Shown here piece after piece: positions 50,101 through 62,200 of a stretch of 64,000 nucleotides of DNA (the first letter of the stretch is position 1; each line of letters begins with the position of its first letter). The notes beneath the pieces are model-generated. The model was not told the origin of the DNA and did no database searches. It saw only the letters and a program-made list of their open reading frames with translations. A program made the translations under genes and the position numbers. Location: NCBI GenBank assembly GCA_965235115.1, contig OZ249439.1:18104001-18168000 (forward strand), written 5' to 3'. The stretch is from Laetmonice hystrix. Its lineage: Eukaryota.

Positions 50101-51474
50101 GCCCTCATACATGTCGGCCCGACCAGTATAATAATGATGGCTCACAACATTCTGTCATGACATGTTCTGCTCTCACAACAACACCGTCATTGACCCTGAC
50201 CGGAGGGCACACTATATAACCCTGCCCCAGCCACGTTACTTGCCAGAATCTATCTTCTTTTGAGGAAGTAGAGATGTATAATTCTCCAAAGGTTATTAAA
50301 CTTACTGTCCTGTATAGTTCTATGTATACACTGTCTGTTGTGTTTAAAAAAATATCAAAAGTCAATAGCGTCTCCAACAAGTTCTTCACACTACATTAAT
50401 AGTATGCTCGGTACTCACTCTTATGCATGACATTACACTGTCCACAATTCTTCACTAACAATATCAAAGATGAAAATTCATAGAATAAACCACAACCCCT
50501 GTCACAATACAGGGTAAGTCTTAAAAAGATTTCGAAAGAAAACTCTTGAAGAAGTTGTGTTGTTTCTTTCTAAGAACCCTTTTGCCCTCCGTCGCCCTGC
50601 TATGGGCGCTCTGTTGTTAGTTCCACATTACTTGGCCCCCGGTCCGGTATTTTTGAGAACACAATTACTCGGTATGATTCCGAGTCAAACCGTGTCAAAC
50701 CATACCTTTCTAACCATGATCTACACTAACTCCCGTAATCGTCAGACGGTCAAACTGTCACCTTCTGGCGTCCCACATAACAACTTTTCGAGGTTATTTT
50801 TTTTCTATGATTTCCGTTAACCCACTTCTCACGCGGCCGGTCACATTGAAGTGCGAGAAGAGCCATGAATGTAGCATGTGTTTCTCATAGCGAATCACGA
50901 GAAGGTGGACTGTAGTCGTCCTCGTGTTACGTGGGCCGGGGTCAGGCCGTACTCGGAGCCTGTGGGAGGGAGGGACACACAGGGACCATGGCCGGGGTGA
51001 TGAGGTTGTTGTACAACTCCATCACCCAACACGCCACCGGTAGAGAGGATATACTTGATACTGGTACTGATGATCTACAGCACTCTCCATGTCACTCAGC
51101 TCGGAACACTATAACAATCTATCCGTGACGTTCATCGTATTATCATAATGTGTATCCGTTATCTGTACACAGACTGCACTGGTGCTTCAAAAACACACTC
51201 ACAAGTTTTAAACGATAAGCGTCTATAGCACACCTGATTAAATCACCCGTTATGACGTGAATGAACCACATTACATAGAAACATGTTTGATGTCTGTGGT
51301 CTCCCCCAGCCCACCGTAAACTCACCTGCTGACTCCAGCAGCTTTACCTTTCGTGGCAGTCTTCTTAGGCGAAGGTCGAACCTGATTAACGACATAAGAT
51401 TTCTTTTTTCTGAACTTGAACATTGCTAGCAGATTTTGCAGACTGCCAAAATGTCCCGACGAGTTGAGCGTCAT
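22909..51474 (-). CDS. SHROOM: Shroom-family protein (ASD2/SD2 ROCK-binding domain), spliced model about 989 aa
   Basis: Exons 51326-51474, 46870-47832, 24402-25577, 23966-24110, 23712-23813, 23402-23575, 22909-23169, all GT-AG and phase-compatible. SD2 signature [69 protein letters not shown] and pre-SD2 KSHEE..IVDEDKRLSEVI..KTTTDFMSGIF. The 5' exons are assigned by phase and composition only; no PDZ exon found. Confidence 0.85.
23402..23575 (-). CDS. SHROOM: Shroom exon (ASD2)
   Basis: [60 protein letters not shown]. Confidence 0.95.
23712..23813 (-). CDS. SHROOM: Shroom exon (ASD2 N-terminal coiled coil)
   Basis: CAATAG|GAG..GAG|GTAGGT; EELESRIKRKLAILREEKETLGEEIEDNNQLGKE. Confidence 0.92.
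23966..24110 (-). CDS. SHROOM: Shroom exon
   Basis: TTGACAG|C TTT..AAG|GTAACT, phase 2 to 0; FETSPVAVNSWSPPSVALLKNKMKEEGMKAEEILREMGIANTSLRRQK. Confidence 0.85.
24402..25577 (-). CDS. SHROOM: Shroom large Ser/Thr/Pro-rich exon with conserved pre-SD2 motif
   Basis: GTGTTTACAG|G TAC..AG|GTAAGA; 1176 nt, open; contains KSHEEIECEKAATVVAIQIVDEDKRLSEVILPPPEHKTTTDFMSGIF. Confidence 0.9.
25648..26266. repeat. 77-bp minisatellite, 8 near-identical copies
   Basis: Unit starts at 25648, 25725, 25802, 25879, 25956, 26033, 26110 and 26193 (one unit has a 6-bp insert). Confidence 0.95.
30085..30985. repeat. complex tandem array, 108-120-bp units (~8)
   Basis: Recurrent CTCCTCCACAAGGTACTGGTAGCCTGTCCAGGAGCATTGGTACCGTACA..CTGACAGCTTCAGATACACTGGTACCGCCCC. 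Confidence 0.92.
31300..32310. repeat. nested tandem array: 54-bp unit inside ~180-bp units
   Basis: ACACCTGGATCCTGACCGAGTATCTACCACCAACCGTCCACTCACTGGACCCAC repeated, alternating with a ~125-bp block (GAGGACAAGGACCTGGAG..GTCTCAGTACATT). Confidence 0.92.
33990..34170 (+). mobile_element. possible degenerate LINE RT remnant
   Basis: YMLAKIV..QPGFTSNAR..GEKLNTSCLDF loosely matches the LINE RT pattern KxLxKI..QxGFR..RS..FLDF. Weak. Confidence 0.3.
37560..37830 (-). mobile_element. possible degenerate LINE APE-endonuclease remnant
   Basis: IGDINCR and TRLNGTEWHNDSTGVVC resemble GDFNxR and LNGR..D..G..TC. Frameshifted. Confidence 0.3.
38255..38441. repeat. 47-bp tandem repeat, ~4 copies
   Basis: CAACAAGACCAATCCACCCTGCCATCCCAGTCCAATACCTCCACACA at 38261, 38308, 38355 and 38402. 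Confidence 0.93.
41173..41202 (-). CDS. candidate 30-nt cassette exon of Shroom
   Basis: GTGTACCAG|ACAAGGTATTAAGATAATGAGAGGCGATAG|GTGAGT. Phase 2-2 and open in the Shroom frame (adds QGIKIMRGDR). Confidence 0.35.
46870..47832 (-). CDS. SHROOM: Shroom proline-rich exon
   Basis: TTTTATCATTGCAG|T TCC..GAA AG|GTACGT; 963 nt, open, phase 2-2, compatible with the 25577 acceptor. Contains PPPTLPPRNY, TYANQLRQQMLKF, DLPPPP and poly-Q. Confidence 0.78.
51326..51474 (-). CDS. SHROOM: candidate first coding exon of Shroom
   Basis: In-frame stop upstream, then MTLNSSGHFGSLQNLLAMFKFRKKKSYVVNQVRPSPKKTATKGKAAGVS and a strong donor CAG|GTGAGT in phase 2, matching the 47832 acceptor. Confidence 0.55.
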
Positions 51475-52545
51475 TGGTTTCCCCTTCTAGAACAGATCGT
51501 TACGGTAATAATCCTCTTGACGAGCGTGTGTATGTGTTTACCCACCGACCTGTACAAGTGATCTATGTCAGGTTGTGGAGGGGGTAGCTCTCTCTCTCTG
51601 TTAGTGCCTGCTCACCCACACACGGTACGCTGGCCGGATGACGTCCATAGTGATGATGAGACACTGGGCTTGCCTGTGATGATCACAACAGTACAAGCTC
51701 GACTATTTCTGGTTGCGGTCCGTGACGGGAGGGGGGCGACCTATCACTTCCGCCGTCACTCGACCGCTGCCAGTGGCGCCCCCTGGTTGTCAGATGTAGA
51801 ACTATAGGCATGTATGTATTCGTAAAGAAGAACCTCGATCGATTCTATTCAGCTGGCCTTGGTCGGTCGACCTGCTGCAGCCAACCAATGAAACCCGAGT
51901 GGTGCCAACGGAAATCCTTGTGTGGTCGGCCCAGTCACTCTCTCCGACCCTGAGTCTGGCACATACTGTTGCTAGGTTGGTGTGACACATAATACGGGCA
52001 CACACGCACACATCCAACAATACACACAATGTCAGGGAATATAGAACCTGTAGGACATACACTACATGCGTCTTTACCGGGTCGACGGTAATGCCTGGGT
52101 CCTGGCAAACTTGACCCACAGTTTCTCCAGCCTGTGTCACTGCTCAACTTCTGGCAACGCACTCTTTCTCCACAAAGCTCCTCATGCATGACGATGCTCC
52201 ATGTTTCACACAGAGTTTGTGTGTTGATCAAGAGTGACCTCATATATACAGATACCGGCCTAGCGAAGGAAAATATCTGGGAAACAGTGGAACACTAACA
52301 TTTTCCTGGTATTTCCTCTCAAAAGAAAGGGACCTCCCCTACAGTCCTGCCCTTCCACCACTAGTTTGAATTTGATCAGTGAGTGGACCTTGTATTAGAG
52401 TGTGTCCCGCAAAAGGTCACCCGTCACGTGGTCAGAGATCAGTGTTTATGGTGGCACCAGGTGAAAACTAACCAGGTGATGTTTACTGGTAGCATGTGGG
52501 ACATAGTGTGATTTGTGTGATCTATGACTCTCCGCCCCGTCCACC

Positions 52546-52770
52546 CCCCCCCCCCCCCCCCCCGGCCCCTGTCTACGCCCCCCGGCCCCCGTCCACATCC
52601 CCGGCCCCCGTCCACACTCCCCGGCCCCTGTCTACGCCCCCCGGCCCCGGTCCACATCCCCGGCCCCCGTCCACACCCCCGGCCCCCGTCCACACCCCCC
52701 GGCCCCCTTCCACAGCCCGGCCCCCGTCTACACCCCCCGGCCCCCGTCCACGCCCCCGGCCCCCGTCTCC
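52546..52770. repeat. C-rich ~22-bp minisatellite with poly-C
   Basis: CCCCGGCCCC(C/T)GTC(C/T)AC(A/G)CC repeated ~10 times. Confidence 0.9.
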
Positions 52771-53984
52771 CCGGTACACTGTATGAATGCATTCCCCTCG
52801 CCATGAGGACGACTTGAATTTAAAAGCATTGATTTAACAGTAGAACCTATACCTTAGAAGATCAATGATTCTATATGGTATGCAAATAACGCTCTTAAGA
52901 ATGTAGGTCAATATTTAAAATCTGCCTGTTTTTCCTAGTCGATTTCACAGATTACGCGAATGATTATTAGATGAGTCACTCTCAGTTGAGTATCGAATTC
53001 GTATTTTATTAACTCTCTCGCTATCTTTTCCGGTATGTCCCAGGACCTAAAGTGAAAGAATATTCAAGCGGTATCAAGACCCTTGATATGTTGAGATTAA
53101 AGAATCGATATCAATAGGTCATCTATAAACCATGCTGGTAGGAGATAATCCAGGTATGTGACTGTGTGACTGGAAACGGTCAGGTATTTCTCACCAAGAC
53201 GTGCCAGTTCGACATCATACTGGGCACGCATCACACACATGATCAGTTTCCATGGAATCGTCTACAGGAGACCTGCAACAGATGCTGCCTGCCTGCCTGC
53301 TGTAACTGCTTAACAAATATTGTTAAAAACAGCCCGGAAATACCAGGCCTGGAAGAGCCTTTTTTTTTGGGGGGGGGGGGGAGGAAAGTGATGCGTCAGT
53401 CGTTGTAGTGTAGACACAGACTGGTGCGTCTTCCTGTCAGCTGATATACTGGGTCTTAATAGAAAACTTTATGTTGTCATTCCTATTTGATAATCCATAT
53501 CCCATTCAATGGGGATTACCCTTTACGTGATTTAATATGGGATTAGCCAGTTTTTTAAAGCCACTTCTTTATAATCAGGCAGTCAAATCAAGCACACTGC
53601 TACATACCACAACTACAAAAACAAGTTGCTTCTTTCAATATCATTCATGACATCAGAAAATAATGTTACAGACGGCCAGCTTCAGCTCAGACTAAAAGTT
53701 AATCACTCTTTCGGAAAGCAGCACACCTACCAATACGTAATCTCCCATTTCACCCCGCCCTGGAGGTGAAAGACTGGAAGGTTTGGGGGGTTTTCTCTCT
53801 CTCTCCCTCCCATGGTTACTGGGCGGATCATTAGGGTGGAGCAGCAGGCATCCACCCAGCGAACACCTCGCATCACGAGGTGATGTAATGGTTTGTGTAA
53901 GTTAGCGCCACGTGAAATATTGCTAACTAGTCGAGTCGAGTCGGTGTGTACCAGCACCGTAATCTATGACGACAGACTACACAC

Positions 53985-55243
53985 TTCTGGTACTCTCAAC
54001 ACCATACATCCAATCCGACTCTGGCACTCTCAACACCATACATCCAATCCGACTCTGGTAGCCTACTCTCAACACCATACATCCAATCCGACTCTGGTAC
54101 TCCTCAACACCATACATCCAATCCGACTCTGGCACTCTCAACACCATACATCCAATCCGACTCTGGTACTCTCAACACCATACATCCAATCCGACTCTGG
54201 CACTCTCAACACCATACATCCAATCCGACTCTGGTACTCTCAACACCATACATCCAATCCGACTCTGGCACTCTCAACACCATACATCCAATCCGACTCT
54301 GGTACTCTCAACACCATACATCCAATCCGACTCTGGCACTCTCAACACCATACATCCAATCCGACTCTGGTACTCTCAACACCATACATCCAATCTGACT
54401 GTGGTACTCTCAACACCATACATCCAATCCGACTCTGGCACTCTCAACACCATACATCCAATCCGACTCTGGCACTCTCAACACCATACATCCATTCCGA
54501 CTCTGGTACTCTCAACACCATACATCCAATCCAACTCTAGTACTCTCAACACCATACATCCAATCCGACTCTGGTACTCTCAACACCATACATCCAATCC
54601 GACTCTGGTACTCTCAACACCATACATCCAATCCGACTCTGGCACTCTCAACACCATACATCCAATCTGACTGTGGTACTCTCAACACCATACATCCAAT
54701 CTGACTGTGGTACTCTCAACACCATACATCCAATCCGACTCTGGTACTCTCAACACCATACATCCATTCCGACTCTGGTACTCTCAACACCATACATCCA
54801 ATCCGACTCTGGCACTCTCAACACCATACATCCAATCCGACTCTAGTACTCTCAACACCATACATCCAATCCAACTCTAGTACTCTCAACACCATACATC
54901 CAATCTGACTGTGGTACTCTCAACACCATACATCCAATCCAACTCTAGTACTCTCAACACCATAAGTAGTAGGTCAGGGCTAACTACTACCATACATCCA
55001 ATCTGACTGTGGTACTCTCAACACCATACATCCAATCCGACTCTGGCACTCTCAACACCATACATCCAATCTGACTGTGGTACTCTCAACACTATACATC
55101 CAATCCAACTCTGGCACTCTCAACACCATACATCCAATCCGACTCTGGCACTCTCAACACCATACATCCAATCCGACTCTGGCACTCTCAACACCATACA
55201 TCCAATCCGACTCTGGCACTCTCAACACCATACATCCAATCCG
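53985..55243. repeat. 34-bp minisatellite, ~37 copies
   Basis: CTCTCAACACCATACATCCAATCCGACTCTGG(T/C)A; one 24-bp interruption at 54965-54988. Confidence 0.95.
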
Positions 55244-58200
55244 TCTGACAGCCTGAATATGCTGTCCTCCGTATCGTATACCCAGGTAAAAATTGACATG
55301 CTGATTCTCAATTTTGATAATCGCAATGACCATCACTTATATTCCGCCTGAAACTCGTGTTTGATGAACGAGTTTGATGTGGCTCGACATTATACGATGA
55401 ACAAGGACCAACGAGTTGTGCGTGATTCAAGAGTAAGCTAATTTTACAGGCCAACATTCTTGGTGTCACATTCACCCATACAGGGCCTTGTATTCATGTC
55501 TGGATGAAGTTTGTTGTGCACACACCAACACTGTTCCCTTCCCGTTATAGTGTTGTTAATACCCAGTTTGCAGATCGGGACCAAATGTCTGTACTGTATG
55601 GTATCTTATATCCAGTATGTTATTGTAAAGGCACGCCGATGTTGAAATGTGCGCCAGTACTGTTAACATAATTGTCATCCCACTGTGTATTTGTTTATGA
55701 TTCAACCAGAGCGGCTAGATGAGCAGTGACTGCCATCAGGCCTGCAGCAAGGAGAACCCGACCTCCCAAACACACCCCTTTTGTTTCGTGCCAGTAAAGC
55801 ACGCGATCTACTCTTCCAAATTACGTTGGTTGACGGGGTGCCAAGCTATCAGATTTTTGCTTGATGGTATGATTATTTATTACTTGGTGAGTCACTTTGT
55901 TTTTTTTAGATCTATATGTCATGTGCACTTTCCCGGACACCGCTGCCTTATAAAAAACACAGCAGCAATAATCTCGAGGGAGTTTTATGTTGTTGTTGCT
56001 CGACAATCGTGGTTACAATCTTATGGAAAAAAAACGTGGAAATGAGCAACGCTCACACCCCTAAATAAGCTAGCTGGCCAGATGAAACAGAATTACGTTC
56101 TAAACAACTGTTCCTTTTCATTGAATTCCTAGAACAAAATATATTTGACGTTATTGAGACCCGAGCACAAACATCTTTGGGTACTTCATACACTTTCCTA
56201 CATAAAGACAGTGTTGTCGAGTTTACAAACAGACTGCCACTGCTCGTGTCCTGCCGTCTTCCTGCTGTCAGTTGAACGTGCCGGTTTCCTTCACTCAGCA
56301 GTATCCGTCACAGAGGTCAAGTGATTCACCACAGATGACCTCCTGGATGTCAGGGTGACAGGAACTGCTCTGACCATGTTTATTTAGATTCAGAGCCCCA
56401 GCATCAACCTCAGGTTGGAGGGTCTGCGGCCGGTCAGCCTGGTTGGGTAGAGGGGTGGAATCAGACTGTAACTGGTCCTCCGCACGGACGGTACCGCACA
56501 ACTCGGCCAGGCCGCCAGACTATAGTTTCACAGGTTTCCCGCAGGAGGGAGCCACATGGTCTCCTGATCACTGCGACAGCTCGCCAGGGCAGTCAACCAC
56601 CTCGGAGCTCCCAGATTGGGTTCAGGTTATAGCTCAGGTCTGCCCTGATTACAATGGACCTGGCAACATTAGGCTACCTGACTGCTAACATACCAAGTTG
56701 ATGCCTTGCGTATTATACGCCCACAGTAATCTCCCCTCACCAGACTAACTTTATTGCTGATAGCGCTGGGTGAGGGGGTCTGGCTGAATGGTATGACACC
56801 ATTAATACCGGTATGTCACCCCATCCCCCTCTCACACCCTGGTATGTAACCCCTGGGATACCGAGACCATCACCCAACCTCAGCTCACCTCCACCCCTCC
56901 ACATAACTACCAAAAGGTCAGGTCATAATACTGCCATCATGCCCTAAGATCTGGAATAGCCCAATAAATCCCGGACAACATGAAGCCATTACTGGCACTT
57001 TACTTACAGCAGTAGTGATCCGGTGGAGACTTGAGCCTGGAAACAATCTACCCTGACCTAATAATAGCGAATACTTTGTGTACCTCTGTATTATTTTCAC
57101 CTCAAAATCCTTTATGACAGAAGAGAAAACAAGCGTCTAGTGTTTGCTGTTTCTTGACACTGTCACGATAAAACTGGAGCCATAAAATATGGACCTTCAT
57201 GTTGTTTGTGGTACCGGGGGTCGGTACCGGTGACATGAGTTCTATACATGTACAAAATGTACTTTACGTTGACAAACAGCTGAGACGGACGGACCGAACA
57301 CCCAGCCAAACCACAGCCTCGTCACGTGGTCGGCCGTCACAGCCATAACAAACCTGTCCAGACTTGCCCCCATCTAAGACAGCAAACATTCAGCCGGACG
57401 TTGGGAAAACCTGCCCAGTAATGAACCACTTGCTCAGCTCGTCATGACTACAAGCCTTCTTTTTATCGTTCTCTCAGACTCTAAACTAAACACGAAAAAC
57501 TGTCTAGGTCATCTAACATCACACAGAACTAGTGTCTCATAGCTAATTTCTGACAACAGCAAATAATGACGCATACATTCTTTATGTATGTATATTTTGG
57601 TACTGAGCCGTGCCGGTCTATTACCTAATCAGATGGACGATCAATAACGTGAGGACTAATATTGACACAGCACTAATCACGGCTGGCTGAGTGTGTCAAC
57701 TGTCAATGACAGATGCCGCTAAGTGAGAAACTGTTCTTGGTCCATCCAGACACAGACAAGTTACACACCATGGAGATATGTCAACTGGTAGCAGCCTGTT
57801 AGTGCTTTCCAACCACAAACCATGACATACAGCATACACAAACCTAATCCTACCCCCCCCCCCCTCCACCCCTATGTACGTGTTTTTGTTCGTTGTGTCT
57901 ATGTAACGTTTCAGGCCTACTAACCACAGCTCATTTGTTCATTTGAATACCACCCATAAAATTACAACATCAATGATTCTACGGTAATCAGAACTGTTTT
58001 TTTCTGTTTCTCCTTGATGTAGTTCCCCAAGTGTGTCCTGGGTCTATAGGGGCAGGACTGTTGTCGGTAAACCCAGCATTGCATGATCCAGGCGTGATTA
58101 AAGTCACAATCTTTGACAGTCACATGTATGTCCCTGGTCAGAATGATGTCAACTGTATATTGCTGGTTTGCCGGCCTGTGATCTCTCAAGCTCAACTCTC

Positions 58201-58668
58201 CAGTTTAAAGCGGAGATTGTGTGAAATTGATGTGGGTTGATATATAATGATGGTCGTTGTGCGAGTGGTGGCTGCAGCCATCACGCACGGTCGACCCACC
58301 CACCGGCCGTGAAGGGTGAGTGGTCACTCCACCCAATGTGTGCCCGTCGGCTGATCGTCAACTTGGCTACACACAACAATGAGAGCATGGCTAACAACCG
58401 CAGACAGTCGGGCCGACACGGATCATGACGTCTGATTCCTACTCACACACAACCCGGTCTGGTGTGTACTGGGATCGATTGTGGTCTCAGTACTTGGCCC
58501 TGGTGAGGACAAGGCCCCCGACATGGTCGAGTTCGCCAAACAAGTACGTGCCCAACTCACGTGTCAATCTAAAGGTTTAATCCCTTCTCGGGTTTACCTC
58601 ACTTCAAGTATGGTTATATATAACACAATCGAAGCCGTTAACAAGTCGGGATTCTCCAGCATTGGTCA

Positions 58669-58756
58669 CAGGAGCCTGTAGCGCAAGGAAATACCCTCCA
58701 GTCTATATATCATAATATAGACTGGAGGGTATATATCCTAGCGCTACAGGCTCCTG
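58669..58756. other. 88-bp near-perfect inverted repeat (hairpin)
   Basis: CAGGAGCCTGTAGCGC / GCGCTACAGGCTCCTG (16 bp perfect) and ATACCCTCCAGTCTATAT / ATATAGACTGGAGGGTAT (18 bp perfect), with a small internal loop and a 6-nt terminal loop. Confidence 0.9.
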
Positions 58757-59194
58757 CGCATTAGTGTAGTTTATATGTTACATATAGGTTAAGTAATGCT
58801 GTACATGTACATGTATATCGTTAAACTGGGTCAATACCTGAGCATCATGAGGCAGGATGGAGGCGACTTCTGATGGATTCAGATAGTAGGTTAATCCAGG
58901 TAGGATGTGTCCCACTCATTAATCCTTGATTAACTAGATCTCCTGATCTGGACGTCCACAAGTTCCTCTCGATCAATGATTGACCTCAATCCTCATCACC
59001 ACACCTCGGACCAACCTTGCCTGACGTACTTTCCCAGGATGGATTGATTATAGATACCAGATGACAGTAACCCGTATATTCCGACAACAGGGGAATTCCC
59101 TGTCACACCTGGTATCTGACGACTATCGCCATCTCAACAGTTCTCCTTCAGCCTCCGCCCGGACTCACCAATTAAATAGGCGCTGCGAGAGGGA

Positions 59195-59265
59195 GGGGGG
59201 GGGGGGGGTCGGCCCAGGCCCAGATCGGCCCAGCCCGGCCCAGACCGGCCCAGCCCGGCCCAGCC
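59195..59265. repeat. poly-G followed by a 10-bp GC-rich repeat
   Basis: GGCCCAG(C/A)CC variants x6. Confidence 0.8.
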
Positions 59266-62200
59266 AGGACCACAGCGGGCCAATTCTTCCGGTCACAGAC
59301 ACTTCACATGATACGCCATCTGTCGCAACAACACCCCATGAAAATTCCCCACATCTCTCCACGCATGTTTAACAAGGTGGTGCCAGTCAACCATTAACCC
59401 AGAATCTCACACCCAACCCTGCCCTCAGTACAATCTATGGTATAATTCTTACACAAAGCACTAGAATGACACGGGAAACATACAACAATCATCATCATAT
59501 ATTCAGATCGTCATTAATGGAATCTGCCCAGTGCCTACACTGGCCCAGGGTCGATGACATCACCCATGTGATTACCACTGTGATGCTGCCTCCATCACAA
59601 CATCCGTCTTTCTCAGACCAACTTTACGACCTGAGGGTGTTCTGCCACCATCCACGACTGGCAGGGGTGGGGGTGGGGGCGGCAGACAGGGCTCCGGGTC
59701 GGCCTACGTCAGCCCCTCCCTCTATTGTCTTACTTACTGGTGACCCTCATAAAAACTACATAAAAACTCAACTTCTAGGTAATTATGGATGATGTCATCC
59801 CATGTAAGATGTGCTTATCTTTAGTTGTCAAGTCCACAAAAGGTCCTGTCCTGGGGCAGTTGTGGTTAGTACACAGAGCGGCATGTGGGCACTTATGAGA
59901 GGATACTGTCACATCACATCCTTGAAGCCGAAATACTCCGGTGATTAACATTTGATACATAGCTAATATACCGGTGGATTCTCCTATCGGTCATCTCATC
60001 CAGTTTTCTCTTTTTCAGGTCGTCGTCAAAGGTTTTTCCCGACTGAAAGTTACAGCCGTTTACTGTGAAGCTTTCATAAATATTACATCGATAGTTAATT
60101 AGACAAGAATGAATCTGGTGGGGCATAATTAACATGACATTCAAAGGATAACATGATTTCCTGATCCATTAGATTACACAACCCCCCCCCCCCCCCGCTT
60201 CTCGTTCCCAGCCACAGGGCCAGTCAGTCAGTCCCCCACTAGCTGACAAAGGAATCAACCCCTATGGGAAATAAATAGAAGTGGTCGACGAATACAATCA
60301 GCCACCACCAAAGTCTTCTCCTCTGGCAACATCTGCTGCATCACTTACAAGTTTGTTCAGCCACTATTATTATATCTGTTTTGTCTTGATATCTTTGTGT
60401 GTGATCAGAGTCAATTGTGTTACCTTAATTGTCGCAATTACAGTGAAAATGGGACCTGTATGGGGTCAGGTGGGTGCCTCTTTATGTACCAAACTGCCGC
60501 TTACTTATATTTATAGCTCAATGTGCACCAAATGACGGTTTTCTTGTGCTTTCTATTGATCCCCACTGCCCCCGGCAAGCTTGGGATACCGATAGGTATG
60601 AGGAGGCTGACCGGGAGTTCAAGTCCCTGCGATCCTCGTGTAGCAAGAAGCTGGGCAGACCTTCCAGACATGTTGGTTTCACACTGCCTCCATCTGATAG
60701 TCATTAGTAGGACCAACCTACTTCAAGTGCAGGATCTGGAAAACATTTACCTATCCATTCAACCATTCAGCTGCCCACTGAAGGCGCTGGGAACTGCGAT
60801 CAGGGGCTCACAATATGTTCGGCTAAGCTATCAGTGAACCGTGGCTGCACTACTTGAGACGTAAAAAGTCGACAGGCTGTGAAAACATCGCGCTTTTTCT
60901 TCTGAAGAACGAAAGGACCCAGCATGGCAGTCAGTGTTTCAAAAGGTCCCGAGCTGATCTCTGAGGCAGACTGTGGTCTCCTAGAGAGATTCCATCAAGT
61001 ACAGCCGTCAACACGGATGAAAGGGCTCTTGCACTCTCATAAAAACAATTTCTTGGTATTTTTCTGTAAGTGTAGTTTGCTAGAGGTTTCACCTGCTGCC
61101 TCCTCACCTGTTCACTCTCGTTACTATGGGCCACAGTGGACGTCAGTGAGACTGTTGGTGGGAACATGGGAGGAATAGGCCGATAAAAATCGTTAAAAAA
61201 AGTACAAGTATGTCTGGGAGTCGATTTTAGAATTCTACTTGCTTCTTGCACTTTTCTGTTAGTTGGAGCTACCAAGGAATGACATCGAGCATGCCCCTAA
61301 GTTGTAATTGTGGGGATAAAGTTAGCACAATAAACATGAACATTTTGAGCTTAGACTCACGACCTTCCTCGATGGAGGATATAACCAGCAATCGTTCACC
61401 ACTGGGAACCGTACAGGGCGGGTTCTGCAGGTCACTGCTACCTTCCCACAGGGCTGGACACCAGACAGCACTAGGTCAGCTACCTGTAAATGATTTCATT
61501 TTGTCTCCACTTACCAATGAAGAGTGATGTGATCCAACTGCACATCCATTTCTGCTAAACTTCTGCTATCCCTTCTGATGAAGTTATGGTCTCATTCTCT
61601 AATGGTGGACGTTCTGAACGACCTCAAGACTTGGCTCTAGATTCTCTCCGTCCACCAGTCACAGACTGGCACGTCCCAGATACACTGGCCACCAGTGTAA
61701 CCTGACAATGTAAACCTAGGGCCTTCCACCCCGGCACGTGTGAGCGGTCAGTGGGTGGGACTGGGTGGGTGGGTGGGGGTGTTGTATACAGGGGATACCT
61801 GCTATAGCATGGAACCTGAAGGCGGTCAGTCACATAGCTGGACCCGATTGGTCAATACCTGACCCCATGTACCCACCCCCGCTCCCCAGGCATCCCACCG
61901 TATAACCTGCCTTACCCCCGCCCCCCAGCACCCCGGCCAGACACCTGGTTCTCCCTGCTGACCACACAAACAGGATCACAGTCGCCATGCTTTATGTCCA
62001 TTCACACCGTATTATGGTTTAATGTAGGACACAGCAGCCAGGTGAGAATTCCGGGAATGTGTCGCGCTCCATCCCACTCGGTGGCAGATGTCTCCCAGAT
62101 TGGATGACCTGCCTGACAACTACCACCCTGAGGACGACATGCAGTCACTCTCTACCTGACACAGCCAGAGTCAATCATATATTCTAGTCTGAGGTCACAG

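Noticed and set aside
51802-52243. DPGITVD resembling the LINE RT motif DLGVxxD
   Set aside because: Single weak motif only.
52439-52817. Gly-rich and Pro-rich ORFs
   Set aside because: Low-complexity GC minisatellite.
53893-54670. 215-aa and 89-aa ORFs
   Set aside because: Translation of the 34-bp satellite cycling through frames.
60610-60635. B-box-like GAGTTCAAGTCC (tRNA/SINE)
   Set aside because: No A-box or cloverleaf; no tRNA or rRNA gene was recognised anywhere in the window.
60560-61100. Faint LINE-like peptides (DRYEEADREFK on +; ISLGDHSL..SARDL on -)
   Set aside because: Too short and on opposite strands; cannot be supported without a search.
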